Positions 26,572-38,374 of a DNA stretch of 64,000 bases are shown one piece after another. How positions within the stretch are numbered: the stretch's first letter is position 1; the number at the start of each line of letters is the position of its first letter. The notes under the pieces were generated by a model. The model did no database searches. It had not been told where the DNA came from and was given only the letters and a program-made list of their open reading frames with translations. Position numbers and translations under genes: made by a program. This stretch comes from Vitrella brassicaformis CCMP3155 (taxonomy: Eukaryota; Protista; Chromerida): assembly GCA_001179505.1 (NCBI GenBank), contig CDMY01000138.1, positions 62,001 to 126,000 of the forward strand, read 5' to 3'.

Positions 26572-27707
26572 ATGGTCTCTCTCCTCCTCTTCGCCGTCTG
26601 CCTCGCGCCGGCCGTCGCCCAGCCCAATTATGTCATCCTTTCAGCCCTCTCCAACCCCGAGCACATCGAGCGCCGCCTCATGAGCCTGAAGCGGTCCAGG
26701 GGAAACAGCACATCTGAGGCGGCAGTCGAAGTGGAAGACGTTCGAAATGGCACCGGTGGCTAACTCACAGACTACGTTGCTCTGCCTTGCTTGCTCTGAT
26801 GACTTCAATTCTGTGTGCCTGGGTTCCCAGATAGCTTCAGGGAGGCCGAAGCTTGTCCACGTATGTCCACAAAAGGACAGAGAAACACGTCATTCGACCG
26901 TGTGTAAGGCCATGCATGACTGGCTCGACTCTTTTCTCGTTCGATCAGTCCCTTGGGTGGATTGCACGCGAGACATCGACGAGGAATACCCTTTTTTCGA
27001 CTATGTCAACTGGGACACATACACTCGATTCCCATACATCGTTGTCGGTAACGGCTGGACCACGCCATGATACACACCGGCTTGCCTCTTTCCATGAGTG
27101 TCTTGTGACTGTACCCTCAGCTGTCGACTCGCACGAAGGCGACGTTGATCTGAAGATATGCACCCGGAGGAACGAGTGGGTACATTCATCTGACTTCCAT
27201 ACTTCTGCTCTTTGCAAACTGTGTGGGTATCTGGGCCATTTCTGAGTCAGACAACCAACGGATCACTGTGTCCGGAGTGAAAGGAGCACCGATCTTGGGA
27301 GCAACTTTTTTGAGGAGTCGATCGTGTTGGATATCAAGAATCTAGAAGGCGACCAAGGTTCTGATGACCACAAAGGAGTGCACGTCACGGTATATGCATA
27401 CACACGCCCGTACACAACTATTCTCAAAGGACCACGCCTTTCGCCTTTTTGGTACAGGTGTCTTGCGTTAAACCCGAAGGACCTCGCAAGAGGCATTGCC
27501 GAGCGGTACGTGCGCGACATATGGATTCCTGAGAGGAAAGAGGAGGACATGCGGTCCATCTTTCTACCGATGTGTGTCTTTGTATGTGTGCAGCGCGTGA
27601 TCACGATGGCTCACGATGGCAATTGTGAGCCCACGGAACGCATTAGGGGTTGTGAAGGCGCCAAGTTCACTGATGAGGCGATAATTTTTGGAAGGGAGCA
27701 CCCGTGA
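26572..27707 (+). CDS. Secreted Cys-containing orphan protein (paralog B)
   Basis: Signal peptide MVSLLLFAVCLAPAVA. Exons give VNWDTYTRFPYIVVG, DSHEGDVDLKIC, IVLDIKNLEGD, VSCVKPEGPRKRHCR and HDGNCEPTERIRGCEGAKFTDEAIIFGREHP*. Confidence 0.75.
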
Positions 27708-28867
27708 ACGCGTGGCTGAAGATCACTAAGGCATACACAATTGATGGTCCATCTCTTCGCCCATGTACACGGACAGATCGCACTGGGCCGTGTCATGTTG
27801 TGTGAACCACTGCATCCATTGCATTCATGTCAGCTTTGCGTTGTACGTCACCATATGCAATTCAGGCAGCCAATCACGCCATGAATCGCTGTTGTCTTTG
27901 TGTTGACATCGTGGTTGCTGCCGGAAGCCGCCCATGTGCCGGCCGGCGAGCAACCTCGCCCCTTTTCTTTCGGTTGTTTTTCCCCGTTGAATCGATGGTT
28001 CTGTCAGTCATATGCATGGTCAGCCAGAAAAGAGTAGTTGCACGAGTCGGGGTGTTTGTCGCTAGTGTGGATTAATGTGATGCTTCTGTCTTGGTATCTT
28101 GGCGCCTGTGCATTGTCTTGGGGGCTATGTGCGATGACGTCGCATGTGAGACCTTAACATCGTGTTTGTTGACCGATTCGACCGAGCCAACTTCAAGCGC
28201 TCCGACCTTGAACTGTGCGTGCGTCGTGTGTCATGACACACATGGATCTCTCTTGGCTGATCGAATGTGCGTGTGATGGATGTCACGCATTATGTGTGAT
28301 AGTTGTCAATGACACTACTTGACAAGTACGATGCGTGTGTGGCTCTCTATCCATCCATCTGATCAACCGATACATGTGCACACATACATACACACACACA
28401 TACACACACACACATCCATGCGCACGCATACATACATACATACCAACCGACACACGGCTATATAGCATCATCCTCGAACTTCTTCACGCCGACACGCAAT
28501 TGGTCTCGTGGTCAGCTGTTCATGCAAACCTGCATGATGGCCTTGTGCCGCCAATGTTCATGCAAACCATGGCGGTTTCATTCGGCTGTCTTGTTTTGAT
28601 CCGCCAGTGACAGACGGAAAACGACATTATTAGCAACCGTTTTACGGAGATACCTCTGGTCTGATGAACACGATGATCAATGCTTGTGTAGGCTTCAGAT
28701 CAACAGCACGTAGGCCAATGTACGGCGTCGCCTCGCTGCGTGCGTTGTAGGGCTTGTTTCTTGCAGATCAAGCTTACATCCATCCGCGGCAATGCTGGGC
28801 GAATGGGATGACCAGATCAGCCACTTTCACAAGAGGCTGCCGTCATAAAGCAGTGAGGGCACTGCAG

Positions 28868-30792
28868 ATGACCACCCCGCCGTCAGCCGCCGAATTCGAT
28901 TACAGTGACCATCACTTGCTCCCCGAGTCGAGGTAGGCTGGGATTACAGTGAAGCAAGAAGCCCTTCCTGGTGCGCAGCGCACCAGTGCTTCTCGTTGTT
29001 TGGATCACTCAGGTATCAGTCAACCTATTGGCGATACACTCTCGAATCACTGCCGCGCAGTGTGGTAAGATCATCCTGTCTGCTACACGCACGTCATCCT
29101 TGCTTCGTCCTTTGTTCGCTCTTCACACGTTTCAGATGCTCGGACGGATCAGCCATCGACTCGTTCTCGTCATGTGCTCAGCCTTTCTGGCAGCGTGTCT
29201 GAACGTGGCGTATCCGTCCATTTTCGCTGGCGCCAGCACATCCGCACACTCAATCGCAGGTTGGTCGTTATGCATGCACAAATGTGCTGCCTTTGGTGGT
29301 GTACTTGTCGTGTGCTTTTGCAGGGACCGCGCTAGGTCTCCTACTGGTTTTCCGAACGAACACCGGGTATAGTAGGTTTTGGGAAGGGCGAACGCTTTGG
29401 ACAAGGGTGGTCACGGTCATTCGTAGGATTGGTGAGTGTAGAGGAGAAAGGGCGCACACGCAGGCATACACAGACACCCCCACAAGCAAACAAATCAAGG
29501 TGCAGGGTCGTCTATTGCTCTCTCGGTCCATTCAGCGTATTTTTCGTCCAATTACGTCCCACGTGAGTATCACGTTCGCCTGGCCAATCTCTTGTGCGCA
29601 TTCCCTTATGTGTTGAAGCAGCATCTGTACGTCCACGTACAACGAATAAGTGCATGCCCGAAATCAATCTTTGCTTTTCTCTTTGTCGCCAGGTACAGCG
29701 GCATGCGGGGCGTCCTGTGTGTGAAGGAGTTTCAAGGCTAGTCAGTTCAGGGCAAGCAGAGAGAACGGCGAGATCGACGGACCAGTGCATTGTGCTTGAT
29801 TCAGGCTTTCTGGAGGGAGACGATGTCCGCCTCCTTACGCGGACACAAGGTAGACAAACAGAAAGCGGCGCTCATGTTTTCACTGTTCCGTCCTTGCAGA
29901 GCCCCCCGTTCAGGTGTGTAAGCTCTTGTCAGCTTGTCTCAGACATGCCAAGGAGCAACATGGCGGTGAGGCGCCTAACGACAGGGAACGCCTCTACTTG
30001 GAGGGTCTCATAGGTGCGCCCATTGTACCAACTAGATATGAGGCTAGATCTGATGTAGGTCGTGTCGACGGGCAGGCCAATTGGTTGACTTGGCCGGCAA
30101 CTGTGGACGTATTGTGAAGGTCCCCGTCCCTTTGGCCTACTCAAGGCACACGTCGAGGTGAGTGAGTCTACAATCAGTCCCCATTAGCCAACCGAATCAT
30201 TTTTAATCAACTCAAGTCGATTGCGTTTCCTTGGCTGTGTGCAGGTTTCTGTCGCTGTTCACAATCACCTTGCCTTATGCATTGGTTGCAAACTGCGGGT
30301 CAGAAGTTGGAAGTAGCGAGGTAGCTGAAACACCGCTGTCTCGCTGCCTGTGCAGGTTCTGGGTCGTGCCAGTAGTGTCCGGAATCTCATGGGCCTTCTA
30401 CAGCATCGAGTCGATCGGCCAATATATCGTAAGATCATAAGCACACACCTGCCTGTCATCATTCCTGGTTGCGCGCGCTCTCTCTTTCTAGGAGAACCCT
30501 TTCGACGTTCATGCGTCACAGGTACTACACGCATAACATTACAAGCTGCGCTAGCGACCACACGGGATGTGTGCGACGGATGTATGCCATTCGTGTGGTT
30601 CATCAGATAGCGCTCAACCCGCTTTGCCAGTCGATTACGCGAGACGTGGCACAGATCTTGTCGCCCCCCTCAGGCTCGCCCTTCATTTCCACGGAAGCAC
30701 CTGTCGCTGCCAGAGTCAATGAAAGGGAAACCTTCAGCAAATTATCGGCTGAAGATGAAGATATGGAAGATAGAACGCCTGGACTGCCTTGA
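28868..30792 (+). CDS. Bestrophin-family (YneE/VCCN/UPF0187-type) anion channel
   Basis: Signature GTALGLLLVFRTNTGYSRFWEGRTLW, followed by RFLSLFTITLPYAL, ISWAFYSIESIGQY(I)E.PF and LCQSITRDVAQIL. The start is approximate. Confidence 0.85.
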
Positions 30793-31820
30793 CTGACACT
30801 CTTCCTTACGTGCGAGTGTGAGAGTGCATGGTTGAACTCAGTGCATGTCGTTTTGAGGTCTGTTTTGAGTTCGCATTGCGGTAAAGCAATAACAAAATAT
30901 TTGACTTGATATTGTCTATGTGTCACCGTTTGTACGTCCCCTTCTGATTGCGCCAAAATAAAAAAGGTGCGGCGAAAGGCGGGTGTAAAGTGTTGACAAA
31001 CGGAGAGCACAGGACAGCAAGATAGAGGGAGGTATGACGGAGAGAAGGAAAGGCTGGCTAAGTAACCATCACGCGATGAATGAGCACATCGAGATGTTGT
31101 TTGCCCTCCCCCGTCTTTCCATCAATCAGGTGCGATCCATCAATCAAGTGCGAATGGATCGGGGGCGGCTGGGGCGGCGGCATCACCATCTGCATCGGCA
31201 AACGAAAGTGACAATGTGTGTCACTGACATGCGCACCGTGTACTTAATTATGTGTGTCTCATGGCTGCTCGTGGCGGGCGCAAATATGTTAGGGGTGCCC
31301 ATGGGTGTTTGTGTGTCAGGTTCGTTGAGGCAGGCAGCTGGCAGGGACCTGAGTGACCCGGCTCCAAGCTAGGTCACCCACACCACAAACTGGAGAATGC
31401 TGGTCTTGTGTGTATGCCGGGAGGATGCCTCTGCGTCTGTGTGCAGCAAGTGTCTGGCTGAGGGAATCACAGCCCGCCACTGCCTGGAGAGGTCCCTACG
31501 TGCAACGATTGTTCTCCATCGACATAGCCCCGTGCGCCTGCTGTCTTTCAATCAGTTCCCCTCCGCCACCACTGCCTTATGTCTCCATTCCACGCAAATA
31601 CAAGAGTGTGATGCTGCCTGGATGTGTGAGCGGATGTGACACGTTACTGACGTATGCACATGTTAGTGGCCGCCTATGTGTTGCGACATGAACATCAACG
31701 ACAATGACATGAAAACGAGCATGTTAGTCCAACTGTTCCAGCTGTCCGCTCGTCATCAATTGCTCGTCATTTGACAGGAATTGCTATCTGTCGGCTGATT
31801 TAAAATATCTATATATATAT

Positions 31821-32024
31821 ACTGTCTTGTGAGTCCATCGAATGGATGTGTTCAACTTGGACTCGTCGAGTCGCGTTTTTTCCCGGAAGTACGCCAGTCG
31901 TTTGCCAAAAGCGAGCCCGAAAAACTCCCATACACAGATGGCGAGACACCATCGCGCAAAATTTTTCTGCCGGGTCAATGAAATGACCATCAACGGGGAG
32001 CGGTCTCGATGCCCAGTTCGTGCT
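31821..32024. repeat. Dispersed ~200-bp element, uninterrupted copy (inverted homolog of 38280-38374 + 39483-39660)
   Basis: 31821-31865 matches the reverse complement of 39616-39660 at 44/45 nt. 31967-32024 matches the reverse complement of 38280-38333 with few changes. An intermediate block (agtcgtttg..ccaaaag.cga.cccgaaaaa.tcc) is also shared. Confidence 0.85.
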
Positions 32025-32196
32025 CCATTCCTCCATTCCTCCATTGCCCCTCCCACCCCCCCTCACGCATCCCCCACATCATGATGTTTAGGGTCAGCCG
32101 GCGTGCAACACACTCGTTGCTAGCAGGGGAAAAGAAAAAAGGAGGAAAACAGGGCTCCCTCTCCATCTCCCCCAACTCTCCGTGTTATTCTGCGTT

Positions 32197-33226
32197 ATGC
32201 GTAGCGTTTCAGCGGCAGCACCATCAGCCGCATCGTCAGTACCGGGATCTGCCTTCCACGCCCGGAGATACGAGAGGCCGGGCCTCACAGTAGACGAAAT
32301 CGAAGAGATCAAAGAAGGTGGGCAACGCAAAACGAACCTGGATGCATGACGGGCTGTATACATCCATCCATCGAGTCTATGCTTCCCTATGTGGCTGCTG
32401 CGTGCAGCGTTTGACCTGTTCGACGTTCACCAGACCAACCAGATAGGTACCTGACTGAGTGACGGGCATGAATGGACGTTGTGTGTATGGCGGCTGTGGG
32501 CTGTGCATGTGCTGCAGATGCCAAGGACCTGAAGAAGGCCCTGCTCTCACTCGGACTCGACGCAAAGAACCAGACACTCTACCACGTGTGTGTGCCTAGA
32601 GAGGCAGGCAGGCGTGCTGCGTTGCTCTTTCGTGTTTATTGCTTCATTGGTTCGATGGTTCAGATGGTGAGTGACCTCGACGAGCAGACGTCCCACAGGC
32701 TGTCGTTTGAGGACTTCCTCGACATGATGACAGCGAAGACGTCAGAGCGGGACACCAAAGACGATATCATGAAGGTATGCATGCACACACCTGACCCGTT
32801 TTCTTCTCTCTCTCTGTGTGATGCATGCAGGTGTTTCATTTGTTTGATGAGGACCGCACGGGCAGCATCACCGTGCAGAACCTTCAGCGAATCGCACGGG
32901 AACTGGGTACGCAATGCGCTGCACTGCATGCATGTATGGACTGCACAACGACTAGGTGATGGCACCACATGGATGGATGGATGGATGGATGGATAGATGA
33001 ATTCAACGCCCCTGTCTGTTGTCTTTCAGGCGAGCTGATGACGCAGGAAGAGTTACAGGTCCGTCAGAACTCTGACCCGATCCACCCACCCCTGCACACG
33101 GGAGCGTATTTCTCGTCCCTGTGTTTGTTTATGCAGGACATGATATCCCGTGCGGATAGCAACGGCGATGGGGAGGTGTCCCCGGAGGACTTCTACGCCA
33201 TCATGACCAAGAAGACATTCCCTTAG
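32197..33226 (+). CDS. Centrin (caltractin), EF-hand protein, 7 exons
   Basis: Spliced protein: MRSVSAAAPS...RPGLTVDEIEEIKEAFDLFD...DAKDLKKALLSLGLDAKNQTLYHMVSDLD...[89 protein letters not shown]. Confidence 0.95.
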
Positions 33227-34242
33227 ATGCACGCGGACACTTAGATAGAGAGCCGAACGGGGGAATGCCTTGCTAGCTTAGGCGAGGGGTGCGTGAGTGT
33301 CTAAGCATGCGTGTTTGTCGTTTGTCCTTTATTTGTACATAGCTCTGCATGTATGTGTAGGGGACGGACGATCGGTGCTTCAAAACACCGGCGGAGATGG
33401 CACGCCCCGCTCACATGTAGCGATCATTCATGGAACACGTCATCGATGAATCAGAGACACGGCGAGCATTCCTGCACCGCGAACAAGACAGGCCGGAGAA
33501 AGTGGATACATTCACCACGACGAGAGACATCAGCGAGTGCCGTCCCTGATGCGCCGATATGTCACACAACACGCGTGGGGCAGACAGGCGAACAAACATG
33601 CAGCACAAATGTCGTGACGCCGGGGGGAGAATGGATAGCGAGACAAAAACGGTACGGTGGCACACGCAGACACGTATGCATGCATGCACTTTGCGACAGG
33701 CAGAGACCTCTCTCCATGTCCACCGACAGGCAGGATTATCATAAACAGTGTCACGTAGAGACAACCACAAAACAATTCATTACAGTAGCAGGCACATGCT
33801 CCAGCCTGCTGGCGACCCTCAGAGCGAGAGAAAGACAGTCGACGTCCGCGTCAGCGCCGACGCGCCTCACTGATACTGTGATTGACATCGTGTGCGTGTT
33901 GCTGTGGTCTCCAAACCGGGATCCATGACGGTCTTCTGATGCACCCTAGTGCTCGATGGACTTGGGTGCTGATGGTTGTGTGTGTGGGTTAAGCCGCAGG
34001 TGCTGTTGTGGGTGGGTGGGGATAGTCGGCCGATGAACGTGATGCATGCCGGCCGTTCGCGGCTTCCTATGCCGGCATATGGTTGAAGAATAGACCCATT
34101 CACAGAAAGGCCCCCCGGTCAATGCATTATTCAGCTGCTTCACTCATCGACAAACACACACACGACAGACGGGGAAGCATCGACACATCTATCTATCATC
34201 ACACGTACACGGCCGTCCATTCATCCGGGCTGCCACAGTGTT

Positions 34243-37200
34243 TCATTCCCTCAAAGCTCGAGGCGTCTTCTGTCCGGCAGTGTCCTCATGCTCATCGTGT
34301 CCATCGGATTGACCTCCGCCCCACGTCAGGTCCGTAAGGTCCTCCGGCTCGTCATAGTCCACCCACGTCTTGTCAACACCACCACCCGCACTCCTGTCCA
34401 CTGCGTCATAGTCCGTGTCATCGTATTCGCCCGTCGTGTCGGGTGCCGAGCCCTCTCCATCGCTCTCGGTACCTTGAGTGTCTCGACGGCTGCTGACGGT
34501 GATCCGCCGCGCGGCGGACTGATGGCGATTTTGCGGGCGCGTCCAATTGATGGCGAAACCTGAGTGTAAAGAGGCAATGATGGATGGACGGTTTGTGGTG
34601 GGAGCGAGTTGATGGCTTACCAACGTTCTCGGGCAGGTCCGCTTCTGCCTCTGACTGGGCCCCTGCACACGTATAGAGGATGTATGTATGTATCAGCCAT
34701 GCATGCACACGTCCACTCCTTTTGAAAATGTCCGAACTGACCTTCGTCGTCAGTGCTCTGATTGACACCATCACTCCAACCGCTGACTGACCGCTGGAGA
34801 AAGAACAGAGTGGACGCACCCACCGATCCAAGGTGTTACATCTCACCTCCCCGCCCACCTTGGTGTTGGTCGACGTGACTCGGCCCAGATCATCCACCTG
34901 GTCGCGTGCGCCCAACACATGCAGCTGGCGACCCACCGGGGCACCACCACCACCACCACCGCCACCAGCATCGTCAGTTGTTGTGCGCATCCCTGTGCGT
35001 GAGAGGGCGGCCGTCAAGTCGTGCGGGCCACCCGTGGCTGTGCTCGCAGCCACGTCAAGGGAGGGGGATATAGGGAGCTTCGTCAGTGACGGCAGGATGC
35101 CCTGATGGATGAAATCAATGACACCGAGAAGAAGACCAAATGCATCGACGAAGGATGCATACGTACATGTGTTATACAAACAGGGTGACGTACGTGTAGT
35201 GTGTCGTATAGCGCGTCCCTCCTCTCCGCGAGTGTGTTGAGTCTGAGCCACGGCTTGCGACGCATCCCCACCCAATGCCAACCCATCGAATGCAAGTGAC
35301 GCGCCTAACATCAAGCGGCACAGAGATGCATACCAGAAAAGGGAGCATTCCTCCCTGGCTGTCTGTCTAGCTTACCTTGAGTCTGATGGGCCCCAGCAGC
35401 TCTCCCGTGAGTGGACAGTAATCCCCCTCGCTCAACAGATCCAATGCGACCTTGCCCGGGCCGGCATCTGGTGGCCCACTTGGCAATATCCACACACCAG
35501 AAACACGGGCATTAGAAACATCCATTTGTACACTTTGCACAATTGGGTGTTTGCTTCCTCACGTGATTCGCGCGTCGCATCTGTAGGGCCCCTTTTGCTT
35601 GAGCAGCGTTACACATCCCTCCAGGCCAAGGCTCTCCAGACATAACAGCAGCTGCTCGTGATAGGACTTCACGGAGACACATAGACGAATATGTGCGTAT
35701 ACGCGCACTTGTAAGAGCCAGCGGACGAATGGATCGCTGTGCATGTGCATCCGTGAAGTGGCCAGGTAGGTAAGTTACTCACTCGTTGTGGTTTGTCCAT
35801 GAATGCCTCGTTGTATCTGCTAAGCAGCAGCTGGAGCGACTGGGGGGCGTGACACGCCAACTCGGGGAACTGCAATGAATTCCACCGCACTGTGCGTCCC
35901 TTGGATCTTCTTGCCTGCCTGCCTACGTGCTGACCTCCACTAGAATGGTGAATGTGAGGCGGTTCATCTGGGTGAAGCGCTTCACGGGCGTCCCCTCCAT
36001 CTGCACGAATGTCAGTCACCCACCAGGCAAAATGTCGTCGTGTGAGCGCGTCATGTGACAGTGCCGCTGTTGCTGACCGTCTCCGACTTGACGAAATAGG
36101 CAAGCAGGCGCCCGAATAGGTCCTGAAAACAACCGACCAACCAGGATGTGCATATGAGGCGTCACCCCTATCCACTTATCCACCCATCCATCCACTCATC
36201 CATCCATCCATCCATCCGTACCAGCCGGAAGTGTCCCGCCAGGATGAAGCCATCGAGGAGGTTGGCCACCTGTTGACACGTGAACCCGCTCTGGCGGCAC
36301 AACACAACACAACACGATACGACATATGCAAACCAACACCACCAATGGGCACGTGGATGCATGTCCTCACCTCGAGGTCCATGGCCTTGTCACCGATGGC
36401 GTCGAGTGTTGCCTCGTCGCGAAGGCCAACCTTGCCGTACGCGTGGGCCACGTTGGCCAGCTCCAGAGTGCCCGCATACTCCAACCGACTCTGACGTAGC
36501 ATGCACCACGAGCACAAAACAAGTATGATCGAAATGAGACCATAGATGGGGATGGGGGCGGTTTGGTGGTTCTCCATTTGTGTCCGTACCCTGAAGGTTC
36601 TGCCCAGGGCCTCCCACGCCTCCACGTCTCGGACACCCAGCCGACCTGCACATGCATATCACAGACACTCAGAGAAGATGAAGGGCATAATTCCCTCTCC
36701 TCCTCGCTGCCTCTCAACCGAGTGTGCATGCATACCAAGGGCCCATGCCGCCTGTGCAAGTGCAATCCTAGGGAACGCCTGTGGCGCCCTCCTCAGCCTG
36801 TCGGCCGCAGCCCTCAACAGGTCGTTCTGGCGAATGCTCAGCCGCCCGTAGGCATACAACAGGATCCCCAACCAATGGCTGTCCAGCCGCGCAAACCTCT
36901 CAGCACTGCCCCCCACCTCCTTGCCCAGGCGCTTGAGCAAGGCCTCGTTCGGCAACTGCCACTTGGCGAATGAGAGAGCTAGCAGAGCCACGGATTGGTC
37001 GTCGAGCGTGTGAAGCAGGCCGGACAGGTGCTGTGTGGCGCGTCTGACGGTGACGAGTGGCAGGTAGCCCAGGCAGGCGAACTGGAATAGGGTGGCGATG
37101 ACGCCTTTGGGTGAGGTGAAGTGGAGCTTGTCTCGCAGACGACGGGAGAGGGACCGTAGCACCTTGGAATACAGTACCTGCCGGCTCTCGATCTCGCTAA

Positions 37201-38200
37201 AGTTCCGCAGCAATCGATACTGCACCCATGGCGACAAATTCATCATGACAGAAACGTACAGTGGCCCTTTGGTGCCATCCTTCCCAACCTGTTCGTGTCT
37301 TTGTCTCTTCTGCATTCTGTCTCTGGTCCACTGGCTAGCCTTGTGCATGGCCTCTCGCGATGGCTTGAGGCCGTACTTGCGCATCGCGTAAGCCACACAC
37401 GCGATGTCGTGCTCGTTGAGCAGATGCCGCTCGGACAGCACGAAGCGCAGCAGCTCATTCAGGTGAATCTTGCGCACCTTGGCCCGGTGACGCGCCAACG
37501 CATGAAGGCTCAGACACACCTGCGAGAGACTGATGCCTGAAGACAGCCAGCGGCACAGCACAGCCACATATATACATACATGCTCATGTTCGTGTGGGAT
37601 GTGGTGCTTTTTTTACCTACCTGCAAGCGATGCACTGGGGCTCTTGCAGTGCCTTCTCAGGTGGTAGGCCACTTGTGTCCACAGGGATGGCCGTCGGATG
37701 TGCAGTTTGCGCGCCGAGAGCGCAAGGGCCAGCAGCTGTGCCGGAGACAAATTCGCTACGCCACTCTCGACGCTGCGCACGAGCTCGGTGAAGCGCTCAT
37801 CTTTGTGCAGCTGACTCGCCTGCATACTCAAGACACAGGCAAGAGAGATAGATCACTCATTGTGCTCGGTCTGTGTGCATATCCCGTCCATCCCTAGGTG
37901 GCGGCTGTCCTTGCCCACCTTGAATGTGGTCCTTGTGAGTTGCTGGAGGTGGTAGATCTTGAGTGAGAGCTTTGTTGTGGCGTCGTACTGGCCCACCTGA
38001 TGCAGCACCGTGCGGACTGTCTTCTCCTCGTCGCGACTGATGAATGGACGCGTGAAGGGCGGCACCACGCGAAGCAATGCTGGGGAAGAGGGCTGGCTCA
38101 CAGCAAGGGAGGTCGTGAGCCGTCGGAACTGCAGTGTTGACGCTCGGATCTTGCATGCCGGAGGCCGCTCGCCGCTCACACGCCATGATGGATGCCGCAT
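34243..38200 (-). CDS. Helical-repeat (FAST/HPR/OPR-like) protein with probable RAP domain; predicted organellar RNA-binding
   Basis: Repeating helices (LALLALSFAKW, LGILLYAYGRL, LANVAHAYGKVGLRD..LDAI, VANLLDGF) and a RAP-like segment (LESLGLEG...GPYRCD). Basic Ser/Arg leader from ATG 38200 and an acidic low-complexity tail. Confidence 0.7.
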
Positions 38201-38374
38201 GGGAATTCACTTGCCCTCGCTTAGCTCGCAGACGAACGGCAAGGAGAAAGGACAAACGAACGGAAATAGAAGGCTCTGAAGCACGAGCTGGGCATCGAGA
38301 CCGCTCCCTGTGGTCATTTCATTGGTCCGGCAGTCATTTCACTTGTTCCTGTGTCTCCCCTGTCGCCGCACTCG

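Noticed and set aside
31034-31691. Short ORFs and an 18-bp tandem duplication between bestrophin and centrin
   Set aside because: No consistent spliced model or recognisable motif.
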